Below are positions 10,014 to 20,027 of a stretch of 56,959 bases of DNA, piece by piece (position 1 is the stretch's first letter; the number at the start of each line of letters is the position of its first letter). The DNA is from a virus. Lineage: Duplodnaviria; Caudoviricetes. The notes beneath the pieces are model-generated. The model was not told the origin of the DNA. It saw only the letters and a program-made list of their open reading frames with translations, and ran no database searches. A program made the translations under genes and the position numbers. The stretch spans positions 1 through 56,959 of IMG/VR virus record IMGVR_UViG_3300030098_005115; one strand, written 5' to 3'.

Positions 10014-10277
10014 ATGACACAACAACAATTAATTGAAACAGTTCAGCAACATCATCCTGAAATGAGCGATACTCAAGTACGGTTGTATTTAAACAACGCT
10101 CTAAAAGAGTTTTGTAGAAAAACAAGAATATTAAAGAGCGTTTATTCTTTTTCTACAGGAAACGATGTTCGGTATTATAAGTTAGAATCAAATATGGCTG
10201 AAGTAACTCGACTGGATTATGATGGATATCAAATACCAAGATTAATTCATGCGCCTGAAAAAACGGATCTTGTATAA
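10014..10277 (+). CDS. putative head-tail adaptor (N-terminal-like part)
   Basis: Homolog of 54083-54430 (PE..N.AL.E...IPRL). Confidence 0.55.
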   Translation: MTQQQLIETVQQHHPEMSDTQVRLYLNNALKEFCRKTRILKSVYSFSTGNDVRYYKLESNMAEVTRLDYDGYQIPRLIHAPEKTDLV

Positions 10278-10687
10278 TGTCAGATGATGTAAGAACAAAC
10301 GCTTTAAAACACGCATGGTGGGTAGAAAGAGATGCTATTGGCATTGTTAAGCGTTCAGAGGATACAAGCTCAAAATATGTCAGTATATCGGGAACTGGAA
10401 AAACAGCATATGCTCACGTTGTAAAGTATGATGAAGATTTTATTGCAACTGCTGGTACTGGTGGAACTGATGGTATTCGTTTGGGAGAATCTCCGAACAT
10501 ACCTGAAGAATTTCATGAAGCTTTGGCAAATTTTGTAATTGCAAGAGGGTATGAGTTAAAAAAAGACGGAATACCACAAGCGCAGTATTTTCGATCTTTG
10601 TTTAATGAATCTATTCGTGAAGGAAAAAAATACGCCAATCAAAACAGAGATGGTACTCCTTATAGCGTAGCTGGGTATGATTACTAA
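10277..10687 (+). CDS. putative head-tail adaptor/neck protein
   Basis: W.VE.D and P.I...H.AL motifs shared with 54427-54861. Confidence 0.55.
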   Translation: MSDDVRTNALKHAWWVERDAIGIVKRSEDTSSKYVSISGTGKTAYAHVVKYDEDFIATAGTGGTDGIRLGESPNIPEEFHEALANFVIARGYELKKDGIPQAQYFRSLFNESIREGKKYANQNRDGTPYSVAGYDY

Positions 10688-10938
10688 TGCCTAGTTATAC
10701 TGAAAATTCATTAGGGAAATACGATTGGTCAAGTGCTAATAAATCCTGGGAAACTTACAACATACTTAGTTGGAACAGTTATGTTGCCCTTACAACACAA
10801 AATCTTAAAGCTATGAGTAGCGTATCTGAACCTTCAATGGATTCTGTTACGTTTACAACTTTTACATTAAAAAATATGGGGTCTCTCTCAGAAACAACAA
10901 ATGATATTCCAACATTTACAGAAACGGTAATAACCTAA
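10687..10938 (+). CDS. hypothetical virion protein (83 aa, S/T-rich)
   Basis: ORF track; coupled on both sides. Confidence 0.6.
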   Translation: MPSYTENSLGKYDWSSANKSWETYNILSWNSYVALTTQNLKAMSSVSEPSMDSVTFTTFTLKNMGSLSETTNDIPTFTETVIT

Positions 10939-11546
10939 TGTCAAGCTTTAAAGTTCAAGTAGAAGATTTAATTGGATCCGTTGGAGACGATCAGCTTATT
11001 ACGGATTCATTATTGTCTGCAGGAGCAGAAATTATTGAGATTACACCTTTAAACAGATTGTTAAAGTTTTCAAATGAAAACTCTATTTCTTCTGTTAATG
11101 GTTTTGACGTTTCAAATCAAAAAGTTTTAGAAGTACATAAAGACAATTACAAAGCAAGATTTGTCAGTGCTTCTGATATTGCTAAAGTAAAAGACAGTTC
11201 ATCTATTCATTATGCAGTGGCAAAAGATCCAGTTTTTTACTTTAGTGGAGAAAAAATATACGTTTTAGAAGCTGGTAGTTTAGTATCGGGAAAATTAATG
11301 TCCGTACCTACTCAACCTACTACAGATGGGACAACTTTAATTTCAGCTACTTCAACTGCTACTGCATTTTTTCCACTAGAAGCAGAAAAATTAATGATTA
11401 TGGGTGCTTCTGTTCGGTGTTTAAAAAGAATTTTATCTGATCAAATTAACACAGAAGAAGATGTGGAATTGGCAAGAATGACTCTTGCTCAATTACAAAG
11501 TTTGGAAGCGACATACGATAAAGAAGTCCAAAAATATTTAGCATAA
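10938..11546 (+). CDS. putative neck/adaptor protein
   Basis: Homolog of 52961-54082 (F..QVE.L, DP.(F/Y)Y, EDVELA, YDK). Confidence 0.6.
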   Translation: MSSFKVQVEDLIGSVGDDQLITDSLLSAGAEIIEITPLNRLLKFSNENSISSVNGFDVSNQKVLEVHKDNYKARFVSASDIAKVKDSSSIHYAVAKDPVFYFSGEKIYVLEAGSLVSGKLMSVPTQPTTDGTTLISATSTATAFFPLEAEKLMIMGASVRCLKRILSDQINTEEDVELARMTLAQLQSLEATYDKEVQKYLA

Positions 11547-11605
11547 CCAAGATATCCATGAGAAGAGTCAAGCTCGGTAAGATATCGTAGTATAGGAGAA
11601 ACAAG

Positions 11606-11887
11606 ATGGCTAACCTTCAAAAATACTCTGTTAAAGAGTCGTTAAATCAAATGGTTTATGATACCGGTTTGGTTGTTACTGCAGTACACGCAGGAAGCGA
11701 TCAGGCGTTAGGGGCTACCTATAGCGCAATTTATGTGGGAGTAGGTGGAGATGTTGTCGTTACTCTATCTGGAAGTGGAAGCGACTTTACATTTAAAAAC
11801 TTAGCAAGTGGTCAATTATTACCAGTTCAAGTAACTCATGTAAAAGCAACCAATACAACTGCAACAAATATGATAGCGTTAAAATAA
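11606..11887 (+). CDS. small beta-rich virion protein, MANLQK family
   Basis: N-terminus MANLQKYSVKESLN; AGGAG RBS. Confidence 0.65.
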   Translation: MANLQKYSVKESLNQMVYDTGLVVTAVHAGSDQALGATYSAIYVGVGGDVVVTLSGSGSDFTFKNLASGQLLPVQVTHVKATNTTATNMIALK

Positions 11888-12018
11888 TGTTAGGAGCATT
11901 ACGAGTTACAGTAACGACGTTTGTTCAGGCTATTATCGATATTGGATGGGCTGGAGCAGAAGCGTCTCAATTAAAATGGGAAGATCAAACTTTAAAATGG
12001 GAAGAATTAACGGGGTAA
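11887..12018 (+). CDS. small hypothetical protein (43 aa, LKWE repeat)
   Basis: MLGALRVTV...LKWEDQTLKWEELTG; TAATG coupling. Confidence 0.55.
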   Translation: MLGALRVTVTTFVQAIIDIGWAGAEASQLKWEDQTLKWEELTG

Positions 12019-12022
12019 AAAT

Positions 12023-14203
12023 ATGGCGGCATTAACTGGACAAAGTATAGCAAGTAGCTATAAAGATTTATTACAAATATCAAATTCAAATAGTGGTATA
12101 GATGGTACTGCAAGAGTTGTATCAGATGGAGAAGATACAGCATCAAAATTATATTTAGATACAAGTAGGGTAGGAGTAGGTGAACTTGCACCAACAGACG
12201 GGCTTTTTCATATTCACGAAGGAAGTGCAGGAAGTGTTACTGCTCATGCTAACGGAGATGAACTGGTTCTTGAATCTGATAATAGTGAAGTGGGTATGAC
12301 TATTCTTGGTTCAGCTACCAGCAATCAAAACATTTTATTTGGCTCCCCAACTGACCATAAGAGAGGAGGTATAACTTATGCTCATGATGGCGATACATTA
12401 ACTTTTACCACTTCTGCCTCTGCTCGCATGAAACTTGATGCGAATTCTAGAATCAGCCTTAGTAATAACGATAGTGGTACGAATAATACTCTCTTTGGGA
12501 AATCAGCAGGGGCGAGTATAGTTTCTGGGGCAAATGATAATGTTTTAATCGGACCAGAGGCAGGAGATGCTATCACTATTGGGGATGACAATATTGCTGT
12601 GGGAAATGGAGCATTAGGAGCTGAAACTGTAGGTCAAAGTTCAATAGCTATTGGAACTGCTGCCGCAGGAAACCAAGCAAAATCTGGTGGATCTCAAGGG
12701 CATATGCGAAATACTGCAATCGGTACTACTGCTTTATACTACAATGTAACTGGTACAAATAATACATTTTTAGGTGCGGATGCAGGTGTTGGTGTAAGTG
12801 GAAATTCGCATACTAATAATACTGGTCTTGGTTATTTTGCCCTAGGTGGTATTACAACAGGAGATTATAATGTAGCTATAGGTAGTGGAGCTGGTACTGG
12901 AATTACTGCACATGATAATAACATTGCTATCGGACAAGATTCTTTAAGAGTATGTGGTAATGAATTAAATATTGCTATTGGTGTTTATGCTTTAGAGGAT
13001 GGTTCAAACGGATATTCTAATATTGCGATTGGAGGTTATTCTCTTAAAGCACATACAACAAACAATACAGTAGCAATTGGCGAATCTGCACTTCAAAAGA
13101 ATACAACAGGTGTAAAAAATACCGCTATTGGTTATCAAACTTTAGTTGAAAATACAGTTGCAGATAATAATACTGCTGTTGGTTATCAGGCATTAAAACT
13201 TTCCAATAAAACAGGAAGTGAACCAGTTGTTTCTGAAAATACTGCCGTCGGGGCATTGGCTTCCTCTCAAATTACAACTGGCGTACAAAATACTTCTTTA
13301 GGTAGTTATGCCTTAGCTCAAACAGTCGATTCCGATAGTAATACTGCAATCGGTTATTATGCTTGTGGAGCTGGAGATGTAGGATCTGGTGGAGTGACAG
13401 CAGTTGGTGCTTATGCTTTGGCTGAAAATGTAGCTGGTCAGAAGAATGTTGCTGTCGGATTTCAAGCAGGAAATGTACTTACAGCAGGAAGCCAGAATAC
13501 TATTATAGGATATGATTCAGACACAGATGATAACTCAGCTACTAATCAAACTGTAATAGGAAGTGAAGTAACAGGTGTAGCTGATAACTCAGTTACTCTT
13601 GGAAATGCAAGTGTAACCGCTGTTTATGCGGCTTCAGATAGTGGGGCAATAGTGCATTGTGCTGGCTTGGGTGATGGTACTGATACATTAATTGCTATTG
13701 ACACATCTAATAATGTAAAAATAAATGGTGCTGGTGTTCAAGATACGGGAAATCCCGGTTGGACATTTATAGCTGGTAATTCAAATCAAGGAAGCATATT
13801 AGAACACGCTTGTGGTGATGCTGGTGAGATGATTGCGACATTTAGAACAACGAGTGGAGTTGCTGGAAGCATTACTACATCTGGCACATCAACTGCATTT
13901 ACTACTTCTTCCGACTACAGACTAAAAGAAAATGAAGTTGCGATTTCAGATGGGTTGACAAGAATAAACCAACTAAAACCTTATAGGTTTAATTGGAAGC
14001 ACGACAAAGACACAACTGTAGATGGATTTTTTGCTCATGAGGTTTCAGAAATTGTACCAGAAGCGATAGTAGGATCAAAGGATGCCGTTAATGATAACGG
14101 TGAAATAGACCCACAAGGTATAGATCAATCGAAACTTGTTCCTTTGCTTGTTAAAGCAGTACAAGAACTATCTGCAAAAGTAACAGAATTGGAAAATAAA
14201 TAG
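12023..14203 (+). CDS. tail fibre with YadA-like N(T/I)A(I/V)G repeats and C-terminal intramolecular chaperone (peptidase S74)
   Basis: Many NTAIG-type repeats; SDYRLKEN...GFFAHEV...LVKAVQEL. Confidence 0.9.
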   Translation: MAALTGQSIASSYKDLLQISNSNSGIDGTARVVSDGEDTASKLYLDTSRVGVGELAPTDGLFHIHEGSAGSVTAHANGDELVLESDNSEVGMTILGSATSNQNILFGSPTDHKRGGITYAHDGDTLTFTTSASARMKLDANSRISLSNNDSGTNNTLFGKSAGASIVSGANDNVLIGPEAGDAITIGDDNIAVGNGALGAETVGQSSIAIGTAAAGNQAKSGGSQGHMRNTAIGTTALYYNVTGTNNTFLGADAGVGVSGNSHTNNTGLGYFALGGITTGDYNVAIGSGAGTGITAHDNNIAIGQDSLRVCGNELNIAIGVYALEDGSNGYSNIAIGGYSLKAHTTNNTVAIGESALQKNTTGVKNTAIGYQTLVENTVADNNTAVGYQALKLSNKTGSEPVVSENTAVGALASSQITTGVQNTSLGSYALAQTVDSDSNTAIGYYACGAGDVGSGGVTAVGAYALAENVAGQKNVAVGFQAGNVLTAGSQNTIIGYDSDTDDNSATNQTVIGSEVTGVADNSVTLGNASVTAVYAASDSGAIVHCAGLGDGTDTLIAIDTSNNVKINGAGVQDTGNPGWTFIAGNSNQGSILEHACGDAGEMIATFRTTSGVAGSITTSGTSTAFTTSSDYRLKENEVAISDGLTRINQLKPYRFNWKHDKDTTVDGFFAHEVSEIVPEAIVGSKDAVNDNGEIDPQGIDQSKLVPLLVKAVQELSAKVTELENK
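13692..13780 (+). repeat. 89-bp exact direct repeat, copy 1
   Basis: Identical to 56871-56959; preceded by ~400 bp of similar sequence. Confidence 0.95.
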
Positions 14204-14313
14204 GAGTTAAAAACGAATTACGAAAACTACAAAGCTCTAAAATCAGATGGATATGAACAGCTAATTACAGACGTAAAAACACTATAAAACAAAACAAAAT
14301 AAGGAGAATAATT

Positions 14314-14529
14314 ATGGCTAAAGAAAACATTGAACCACAGCCTAAATTAAATCTTAATGGAAAAGAATATGAAATAGATTCTTTAACTGATGTCCAAAAA
14401 GAAATATTAGGTGACATAGATAATTACCAAAAACAAATAAACAAGTTAGAAAGATGGAAGGCTGGGCAAATAGCAATATTAAAAACTTCCATAGAAGAAA
14501 CAGAAAAGCAAAAGAATGATAATCCGTAA
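14314..14529 (+). CDS. small coiled-coil protein, possibly fibre-associated
   Basis: ORF track; AAGGAG RBS. Confidence 0.65.
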   Translation: MAKENIEPQPKLNLNGKEYEIDSLTDVQKEILGDIDNYQKQINKLERWKAGQIAILKTSIEETEKQKNDNP

Positions 14530-14965
14530 ATCAAGTCAAGGTTACAGAATAAGAATACACAGGAACACAACTCCGGGTGTAAAGAGAACAAAGACATACC
14601 CTGATGGCACTCAAGAAGTTTTAACTTACCCTTCTTCATACGCTTATTTTGTAGAGGTTGATGGAGAGGTCGTAAAAAGATCTGACAGTTTTAAAACTAT
14701 CGAAGAGTATTATGTTTCTGAGTGTGCCAAAAAGTATGACAACGGTCATGGCAGGCTAAGCATTGGAGAGCATCATATAATTAATGCTGTTGCTACTTCT
14801 CAATCTGACTACCCTACGGACTCTAATACAAAAGCTGAAATAAAAGATTTTTATGATAAGCGTAGCATTTCCTACAGCTCATCAGAGACAAAAGCAGAAT
14901 TGCTTTCTCGCATAATACCTGTCGTAAAAGGCGATAAAGAAATTTCTAAGCATATAAGCAGGTGA
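14516..14965 (+). CDS. hypothetical protein with C-terminal SAP/HeH-like motif
   Basis: TKAEIKDFYDKRSISYSSSETKAELL. Confidence 0.6.
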   Translation: MIIRKSSQGYRIRIHRNTTPGVKRTKTYPDGTQEVLTYPSSYAYFVEVDGEVVKRSDSFKTIEEYYVSECAKKYDNGHGRLSIGEHHIINAVATSQSDYPTDSNTKAEIKDFYDKRSISYSSSETKAELLSRIIPVVKGDKEISKHISR

Positions 14966-14969
14966 CACT

Positions 14970-15287
14970 ATGGATCAAATAAACAAGTACACATCAAGAG
15001 AAGCATTAAATTTAAAGCTAGGACAGAATGGGTTTGATGTTGTTGCAGAGCACGATACAAATACTCAAACTCCAGATTCTGGTAACTGGGTAGCCCTAAC
15101 AGCAGTCTCTTTATCTGCATCTAGTCCTGCGGCTACATACTGCAAAATTAAAGTAACTTCAGGAGTAGGCGACTCACACACAGATGCCTATCTGTACTTA
15201 ATACCCGGAGACATTCTCTATGGAAACTTTACAGGCATTGTCAATCATACAGACTCTACTGCCGCATTGATTGCTTATCGTGGATAG
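14970..15287 (+). CDS. small beta-rich virion protein, MANLQK-like family
   Basis: N-terminus MDQINKYTSREALN. Confidence 0.6.
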   Translation: MDQINKYTSREALNLKLGQNGFDVVAEHDTNTQTPDSGNWVALTAVSLSASSPAATYCKIKVTSGVGDSHTDAYLYLIPGDILYGNFTGIVNHTDSTAALIAYRG

Positions 15288-15426
15288 TTTAAAAGTTTCC
15301 GGTACAAGCTTTGTATCTATGGGAGCTATCTTTATGGATGTGGTTCCTTGGGTTCTTGCTGTTACTATTGGTATTATGCAAATTGTATATCTTTCGTATA
15401 AAATAAAAAAAATAAAGGAATCTTAA
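15280..15426 (+). CDS. small membrane protein, holin-like (48 aa)
   Basis: GTG start; hydrophobic VVPWVLAVTIGIMQIVYL; basic C-tail KIKKIKES. Confidence 0.5.
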   Translation: MDSLKVSGTSFVSMGAIFMDVVPWVLAVTIGIMQIVYLSYKIKKIKES

Positions 15427-15427
15427 T

Positions 15428-15691
15428 ATGAATATTAAAGAGATGTTAATTGAAAAGGCTATTGCAAAAGCAAAAGAGATGGCAAGTGAACAGGCAGATG
15501 GCGTAGAAGATATGTTAATTACATATATTCAGTCTGAAGAGGTAGAAATTAAGTTAGCTGAGAAAATGGATAAAGCTGTTAATATCCCCTTTGTAAGCGA
15601 TCAAAAAGAAGAGCCTATGTTTAGGGAATTAGCTGATATTATTACAGATATTATGGCAGGTGCAATTAAGATGATAAAGTCTAAAGTGTAA
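15428..15691 (+). CDS. hypothetical protein (87 aa)
   Basis: ORF track; AAGGA RBS. Confidence 0.65.
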   Translation: MNIKEMLIEKAIAKAKEMASEQADGVEDMLITYIQSEEVEIKLAEKMDKAVNIPFVSDQKEEPMFRELADIITDIMAGAIKMIKSKV

Positions 15692-15700
15692 TTATAAATA

Positions 15701-18193
15701 ATGCCTAGGCAGACATATATTATAAATAATTTTTCAGGTGGCGTTAATAATCTAAAGGACTCAAGAGATATAGCTGATAATGAATCTGCTAAAATCAATG
15801 GTTTAATGACTGACAAGCAAGGCGTTCTTAGAACCTCTGGAGCATTTGTTAATCATGCTGATGGTTCAGGAACACTTGCTAGTGATGCTGGAAATAACGG
15901 AGACAATCAAGCTGGTAACGGATTGTTTTATTTTGAATCTGATTTTGGAAGAAAATCGGTTGCTAGTACTACTTCTGAGTCCGGCTCTATTTTTGGCAAA
16001 TTTTATCCTGCTGGCGGTAGCAACCCTCCTCAATTATCTCAAAGTAGTAGCACTATATTTAATACTTATTCTATTGGTGATAAAATATCTATCAACGGAT
16101 CTGCAAGTAATGATGGAGTTTATACAATTATAGGAAAGCACGATCTTAGTAGTTTTAGTGGCCACCAGAGGTATAGATTTAGTTTTTTAGAAGACCTTAC
16201 TTCAGAGGATGCCTCTTCTGCCTTAACAATAGATCATTATGAGCAATATGGGGCTAAGTTTTATATGGTTCCTACTGAAAGTGCCGATGCCAATGATGCT
16301 TCTCATTTGACAATTACAATACACGACTCTGAGAATGACGACTGGAACACTCTTACTGACCTGCAACCTATTAAGAGCGATGTGTCGGAAACATTTTCAG
16401 ATCAAATGATAAGCGATGTTTTTAAACCTGTTTATTACGCTATTGACAATGCGGTTAGAGTTTCTGATTCTAACTTCAAGAATCAAGCTAGGGTAAAATG
16501 GCATGGGTACATAGAGAGAGTTCATCCAGATCAGGCTTATTTAGGTTGGTACACAAAAGATAATGAGCTAAAAGCACCTACTGCTGGCGATGATGTAAGG
16601 CTTGGAAACACTTATCCTGATACGGCTGGTGTTGGCTTGCACTGGTATATCCTTACCCCAGCCAACACTTCAAGCTCTTGGCAACCGGACACATACGAAA
16701 CGGGAATGACCTTTATTTACGATGGGAATCAAGAATCTCAAATAACAGAAATGCAAGCTAGTTATGTTGAGTTTGCTGTAGCGGCAGGAGATGCAGTTAC
16801 TGTAAAGGCTTTAATGTTCACGCCTTACAGCCCTAGGATAAGCGGAAGTAGGCTTTACTTTAGAGTTTCTGGCAGTGACGATGAGTGGACTTTTTTAGCA
16901 GAGGCTGATTTTTCAAAAGGAATAAGAGCTAGTTTAGATGCTGATTACACTTCAGGCTGGACAACAAGCGGCTCTGCGAATCAATATAGCACAGGAACAG
17001 TAACTTCCCTACAGCCAAGCTTAGATACTTATGAGACCTTAAACGGCTGGCCTTCGAGCACTTTATCTATTGATTTTGGCAGGATAGGAGAGATGTGGAT
17101 GTGTGCGGCTATCTGTAACCGAAGAGTTTTTTTAGCTAACGTAAAAACAAGAAATGAAGATTCTGCCAATGACGACAGTAAGCACTACGGAGATAGAATT
17201 TTATATAGCGAAATAGGAAAGTACGACACTTTTCCTTCTTTTAATTTTATTGATGTTGTTCGTGGTGATAGTGAAGAATATGTGTCTCTTATTGCGTATG
17301 GTGATAGGCTATTAGCTTTTAAACAAAGAACTTTGTTTATTGTAAATGTGTCATCTCCTTCTCCTTCAGGCTGGTTTTTAGAGAACACTTTTAAACACAA
17401 TGGAGTTAGGCACAAAGAAGCGGCTTTTAGATCTGACGAAGGTGTTGTTTGGGTAAACTCTGCTGGATGCTGGTTTTATAATGGATCCAACATCGTTAAT
17501 CTTTGCGATGGCAAGCTGGACACTGTAAATGCAACAAATGCGAATACTGACAATGGGCTTTCTTGGAAAGACTTTTACAACGAAAATAGCATTGTTGGTT
17601 ATGCCCCTAAGTACAAACAGGTTATTATATTGCAAGACTCTGATGGGTCTACAGATCCGATGAATACTTTAATATACGACTTTGGATCTAGGTCTTGGGT
17701 TCAAAGCTCAGATCAAACAACTTTCTTTGACAATGTTACTTATAGTAATTTTATTATAGATGGTAACGGAGATTTAGTAATTCAAACCTCTACAGCCACT
17801 GGCACTGCGAACAATATTAGGTATTATTTACCCACCTCAAGCACTTCAAGTTCTGGAATAGAACTCATAACAAAGTTTTTAGATTTTGGCAATCCTTATC
17901 GTTTGAAAAAAATATATAAAATAAATATAACTTATAAATCAAGTGCGGCACAAGCAGACCCGTTGGAAGCAAGATATATTAATAGCAGTGGAGTTATGCA
18001 GTCGTTTACAGATGTTGATGGTTCTGTAGATTTTGCGGATACGTCTTCAGAGTGGAGGGTTGCTTCATTTGCATTTAGCACACCCATTACATGCCAAGCT
18101 GTTCAGCTTAAAATAAACCCCCCTAATGCCGGGTCTATTGACATAAATGAAATTGCAATAGATTATAGGTTTATACACAAGAAAGTCTCCTGA
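15701..18193 (+). CDS. tail nozzle / tail tubular protein B-like
   Basis: 830 aa, beta-rich; N-terminal NNFSGGVN..D.RDI; precedes ejection proteins. Confidence 0.7.
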   Translation: MPRQTYIINNFSGGVNNLKDSRDIADNESAKINGLMTDKQGVLRTSGAFVNHADGSGTLASDAGNNGDNQAGNGLFYFESDFGRKSVASTTSESGSIFGKFYPAGGSNPPQLSQSSSTIFNTYSIGDKISINGSASNDGVYTIIGKHDLSSFSGHQRYRFSFLEDLTSEDASSALTIDHYEQYGAKFYMVPTESADANDASHLTITIHDSENDDWNTLTDLQPIKSDVSETFSDQMISDVFKPVYYAIDNAVRVSDSNFKNQARVKWHGYIERVHPDQAYLGWYTKDNELKAPTAGDDVRLGNTYPDTAGVGLHWYILTPANTSSSWQPDTYETGMTFIYDGNQESQITEMQASYVEFAVAAGDAVTVKALMFTPYSPRISGSRLYFRVSGSDDEWTFLAEADFSKGIRASLDADYTSGWTTSGSANQYSTGTVTSLQPSLDTYETLNGWPSSTLSIDFGRIGEMWMCAAICNRRVFLANVKTRNEDSANDDSKHYGDRILYSEIGKYDTFPSFNFIDVVRGDSEEYVSLIAYGDRLLAFKQRTLFIVNVSSPSPSGWFLENTFKHNGVRHKEAAFRSDEGVVWVNSAGCWFYNGSNIVNLCDGKLDTVNATNANTDNGLSWKDFYNENSIVGYAPKYKQVIILQDSDGSTDPMNTLIYDFGSRSWVQSSDQTTFFDNVTYSNFIIDGNGDLVIQTSTATGTANNIRYYLPTSSTSSSGIELITKFLDFGNPYRLKKIYKINITYKSSAAQADPLEARYINSSGVMQSFTDVDGSVDFADTSSEWRVASFAFSTPITCQAVQLKINPPNAGSIDINEIAIDYRFIHKKVS

Positions 18194-18906
18194 TGGATAG
18201 AGACAGTAGGAGAATACAAAACTCTAAAGAAGGCGGTATTAGGACTTTAAATAGGGGAGTTTCTTCAAAGACTGTCTTAGAGGGCGATCATGTTTTTTCA
18301 AAGCCAAAAGGGAAGACTTTAGCCTTATATAAAAAACATCAAGGAGTTCTTTATAAAAACAATTTCTCTAAAGATGGAAATCAAATTGTAGATCGAGATA
18401 TAAATGTAGGTAGAGCAGTCAATCCTCACCTATATAAAGTTCAGGGTCATAATTGGCCTGCATTCAGAGCGACCATTACCAACGGTCAGACAATAGCTAG
18501 TCATTCAAGTAATTTTACAGACTTAACGTTTAGTGGAGAGCTGTATGACAATGACAATAACTTTGCTAGTAATGTGTTTGTCACACCGATAAAAGGGATC
18601 TACCACTTTGAATTAAAAGTTTTATACGATGACGATGATAGTGATGAGATAGATGCAGGGGAAAGAATGGATTTGAGAATATCTAACAGTACTGATGGTT
18701 CAGTCTTTGAGCAAGCTGTTAATCATACGAATGTAGATTATGCTTCAAATAAATTTATTTTATTTACCTGTAGTACGGATTATTTAATAGAAAGCGGAAA
18801 AACAATTAAGGCTCAGGTGCTTAATGCTTCTGGTGCAAGTCAAGACATTTATAGTGCTCAAAACTACTATTCTTATTTTACAGGCTTTTTAGTTGCACCT
18901 GTTTAG
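18193..18906 (+). CDS. virion protein with C-terminal C1q-like domain
   Basis: PAFRA...YDNDNNF.SNVFVTPIKGIYHF...SYFTGFLV. Confidence 0.65.
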   Translation: MDRDSRRIQNSKEGGIRTLNRGVSSKTVLEGDHVFSKPKGKTLALYKKHQGVLYKNNFSKDGNQIVDRDINVGRAVNPHLYKVQGHNWPAFRATITNGQTIASHSSNFTDLTFSGELYDNDNNFASNVFVTPIKGIYHFELKVLYDDDDSDEIDAGERMDLRISNSTDGSVFEQAVNHTNVDYASNKFILFTCSTDYLIESGKTIKAQVLNASGASQDIYSAQNYYSYFTGFLVAPV

Positions 18907-18969
18907 TAGATTCAATATAAATGATACCCTCTTTTACTATAATTGTATTAAATTTTAAAGGATTATAAT

Positions 18970-20025
18970 ATGCACTACTCTTCCAATAAATCAAAAGGGT
19001 ACACACCTATTAGCTCTGGCCCCAATCGAAGTGGCTTTTATATGGGCCCCCAAGGCAACCTTTTAAGTATGATGCAAACTGGCGGATCTCCAACTGCTTT
19101 TAACAGGAGCTTTGGTTTAAGTGCTGGTGGTGCTAGATTAGCACAGGCGAGGCAAAGACAGTCTGACCTAAGAAAGCTTGAAGCGGCTCAACAAAGAGAG
19201 GCAAAAAGACAGCAAAAAGGGGGTATTTTCGGAAGTGTAGGTAGTCTTGCCGGCGGCCTTCTTGGTGCGGCAATCACTCCTTTTGCTGGCCCTGTTGGTT
19301 TAGCTATTGGCTCTGGGCTTGGTACGGCTTTAGGCAAGGGGCTTGGAGAGAGGTTTGGTGCTGGGAAAGCACAATCCGTTGATCGTTCTGGTACGGTATT
19401 TAATCAAGAGGCCTTTAAAGATGTTGGTCGAGCTAGTAAAGATTTTACGAAAGGGATTTTGCAAAGAGCTGGTATGGCAGGTGTAAGAGCAGGTTTAACT
19501 GCTGGACTTTCGCCTTCTGGGGGGATATATGGCAAGTTCAAGGGTAAGCTTGCTGACCCAATTAAGAACTTTATCGGTAGGACTAAGGCTGGAATGACTG
19601 GTTTAAGTGGCTTTGAAGGAACTGGGTATGGCACTAATTTACTGTTGGATATGGCAGGCAAGGCTAGTGATGTTAAAGGTGCGGCTCTTCAGTCGGGTCG
19701 TGGTTATGGTAGCGGAGTTTCTGGAGGGTTTAGATTTCGCCCACCGGAAGACTTATTAGATTTTAGTTCTAAGACTGAATCAGCGATGGATCAGATTAGA
19801 AAGTTAGGCGATCAGACAATGCTTTTTGATACATACGCTTCTATGCCAAAAGCACCTACATACACAAATCCTAATTTTGGAGCAAGTGTTGATCCTACTA
19901 TGTACACAAGCTTTGAAGAGTTCGACCTCTTTAACCCTCTTAATCAAAGTCCTCCTGCACAGGCACCTAGTCAAACTCCAACAGGTCTTTCCGGGCTTCT
20001 AAATCCCACTGGAGGGCTTTTCTAG
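18970..20025 (+). CDS. putative DNA ejection/pilot protein
   Basis: Gly-rich hydrophobic segment GGLLGAAITPFAGPVGLAIG after a coiled coil. Confidence 0.55.
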   Translation: MHYSSNKSKGYTPISSGPNRSGFYMGPQGNLLSMMQTGGSPTAFNRSFGLSAGGARLAQARQRQSDLRKLEAAQQREAKRQQKGGIFGSVGSLAGGLLGAAITPFAGPVGLAIGSGLGTALGKGLGERFGAGKAQSVDRSGTVFNQEAFKDVGRASKDFTKGILQRAGMAGVRAGLTAGLSPSGGIYGKFKGKLADPIKNFIGRTKAGMTGLSGFEGTGYGTNLLLDMAGKASDVKGAALQSGRGYGSGVSGGFRFRPPEDLLDFSSKTESAMDQIRKLGDQTMLFDTYASMPKAPTYTNPNFGASVDPTMYTSFEEFDLFNPLNQSPPAQAPSQTPTGLSGLLNPTGGLF

Positions 20026-20027
20026 GT

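Noticed and set aside
11551-11586. GATATC...GATATC-bounded hairpin before the MANLQK gene as a riboswitch
   Set aside because: Short, weak pairing and no matching sequence before the B paralog (54862-54921); cannot be supported without a covariance search.
13286-13780. Fibre repeat pair as the template/variable repeats of a diversity-generating retroelement
   Set aside because: No reverse transcriptase in the window; mismatches are not adenine-specific; both copies are coding.
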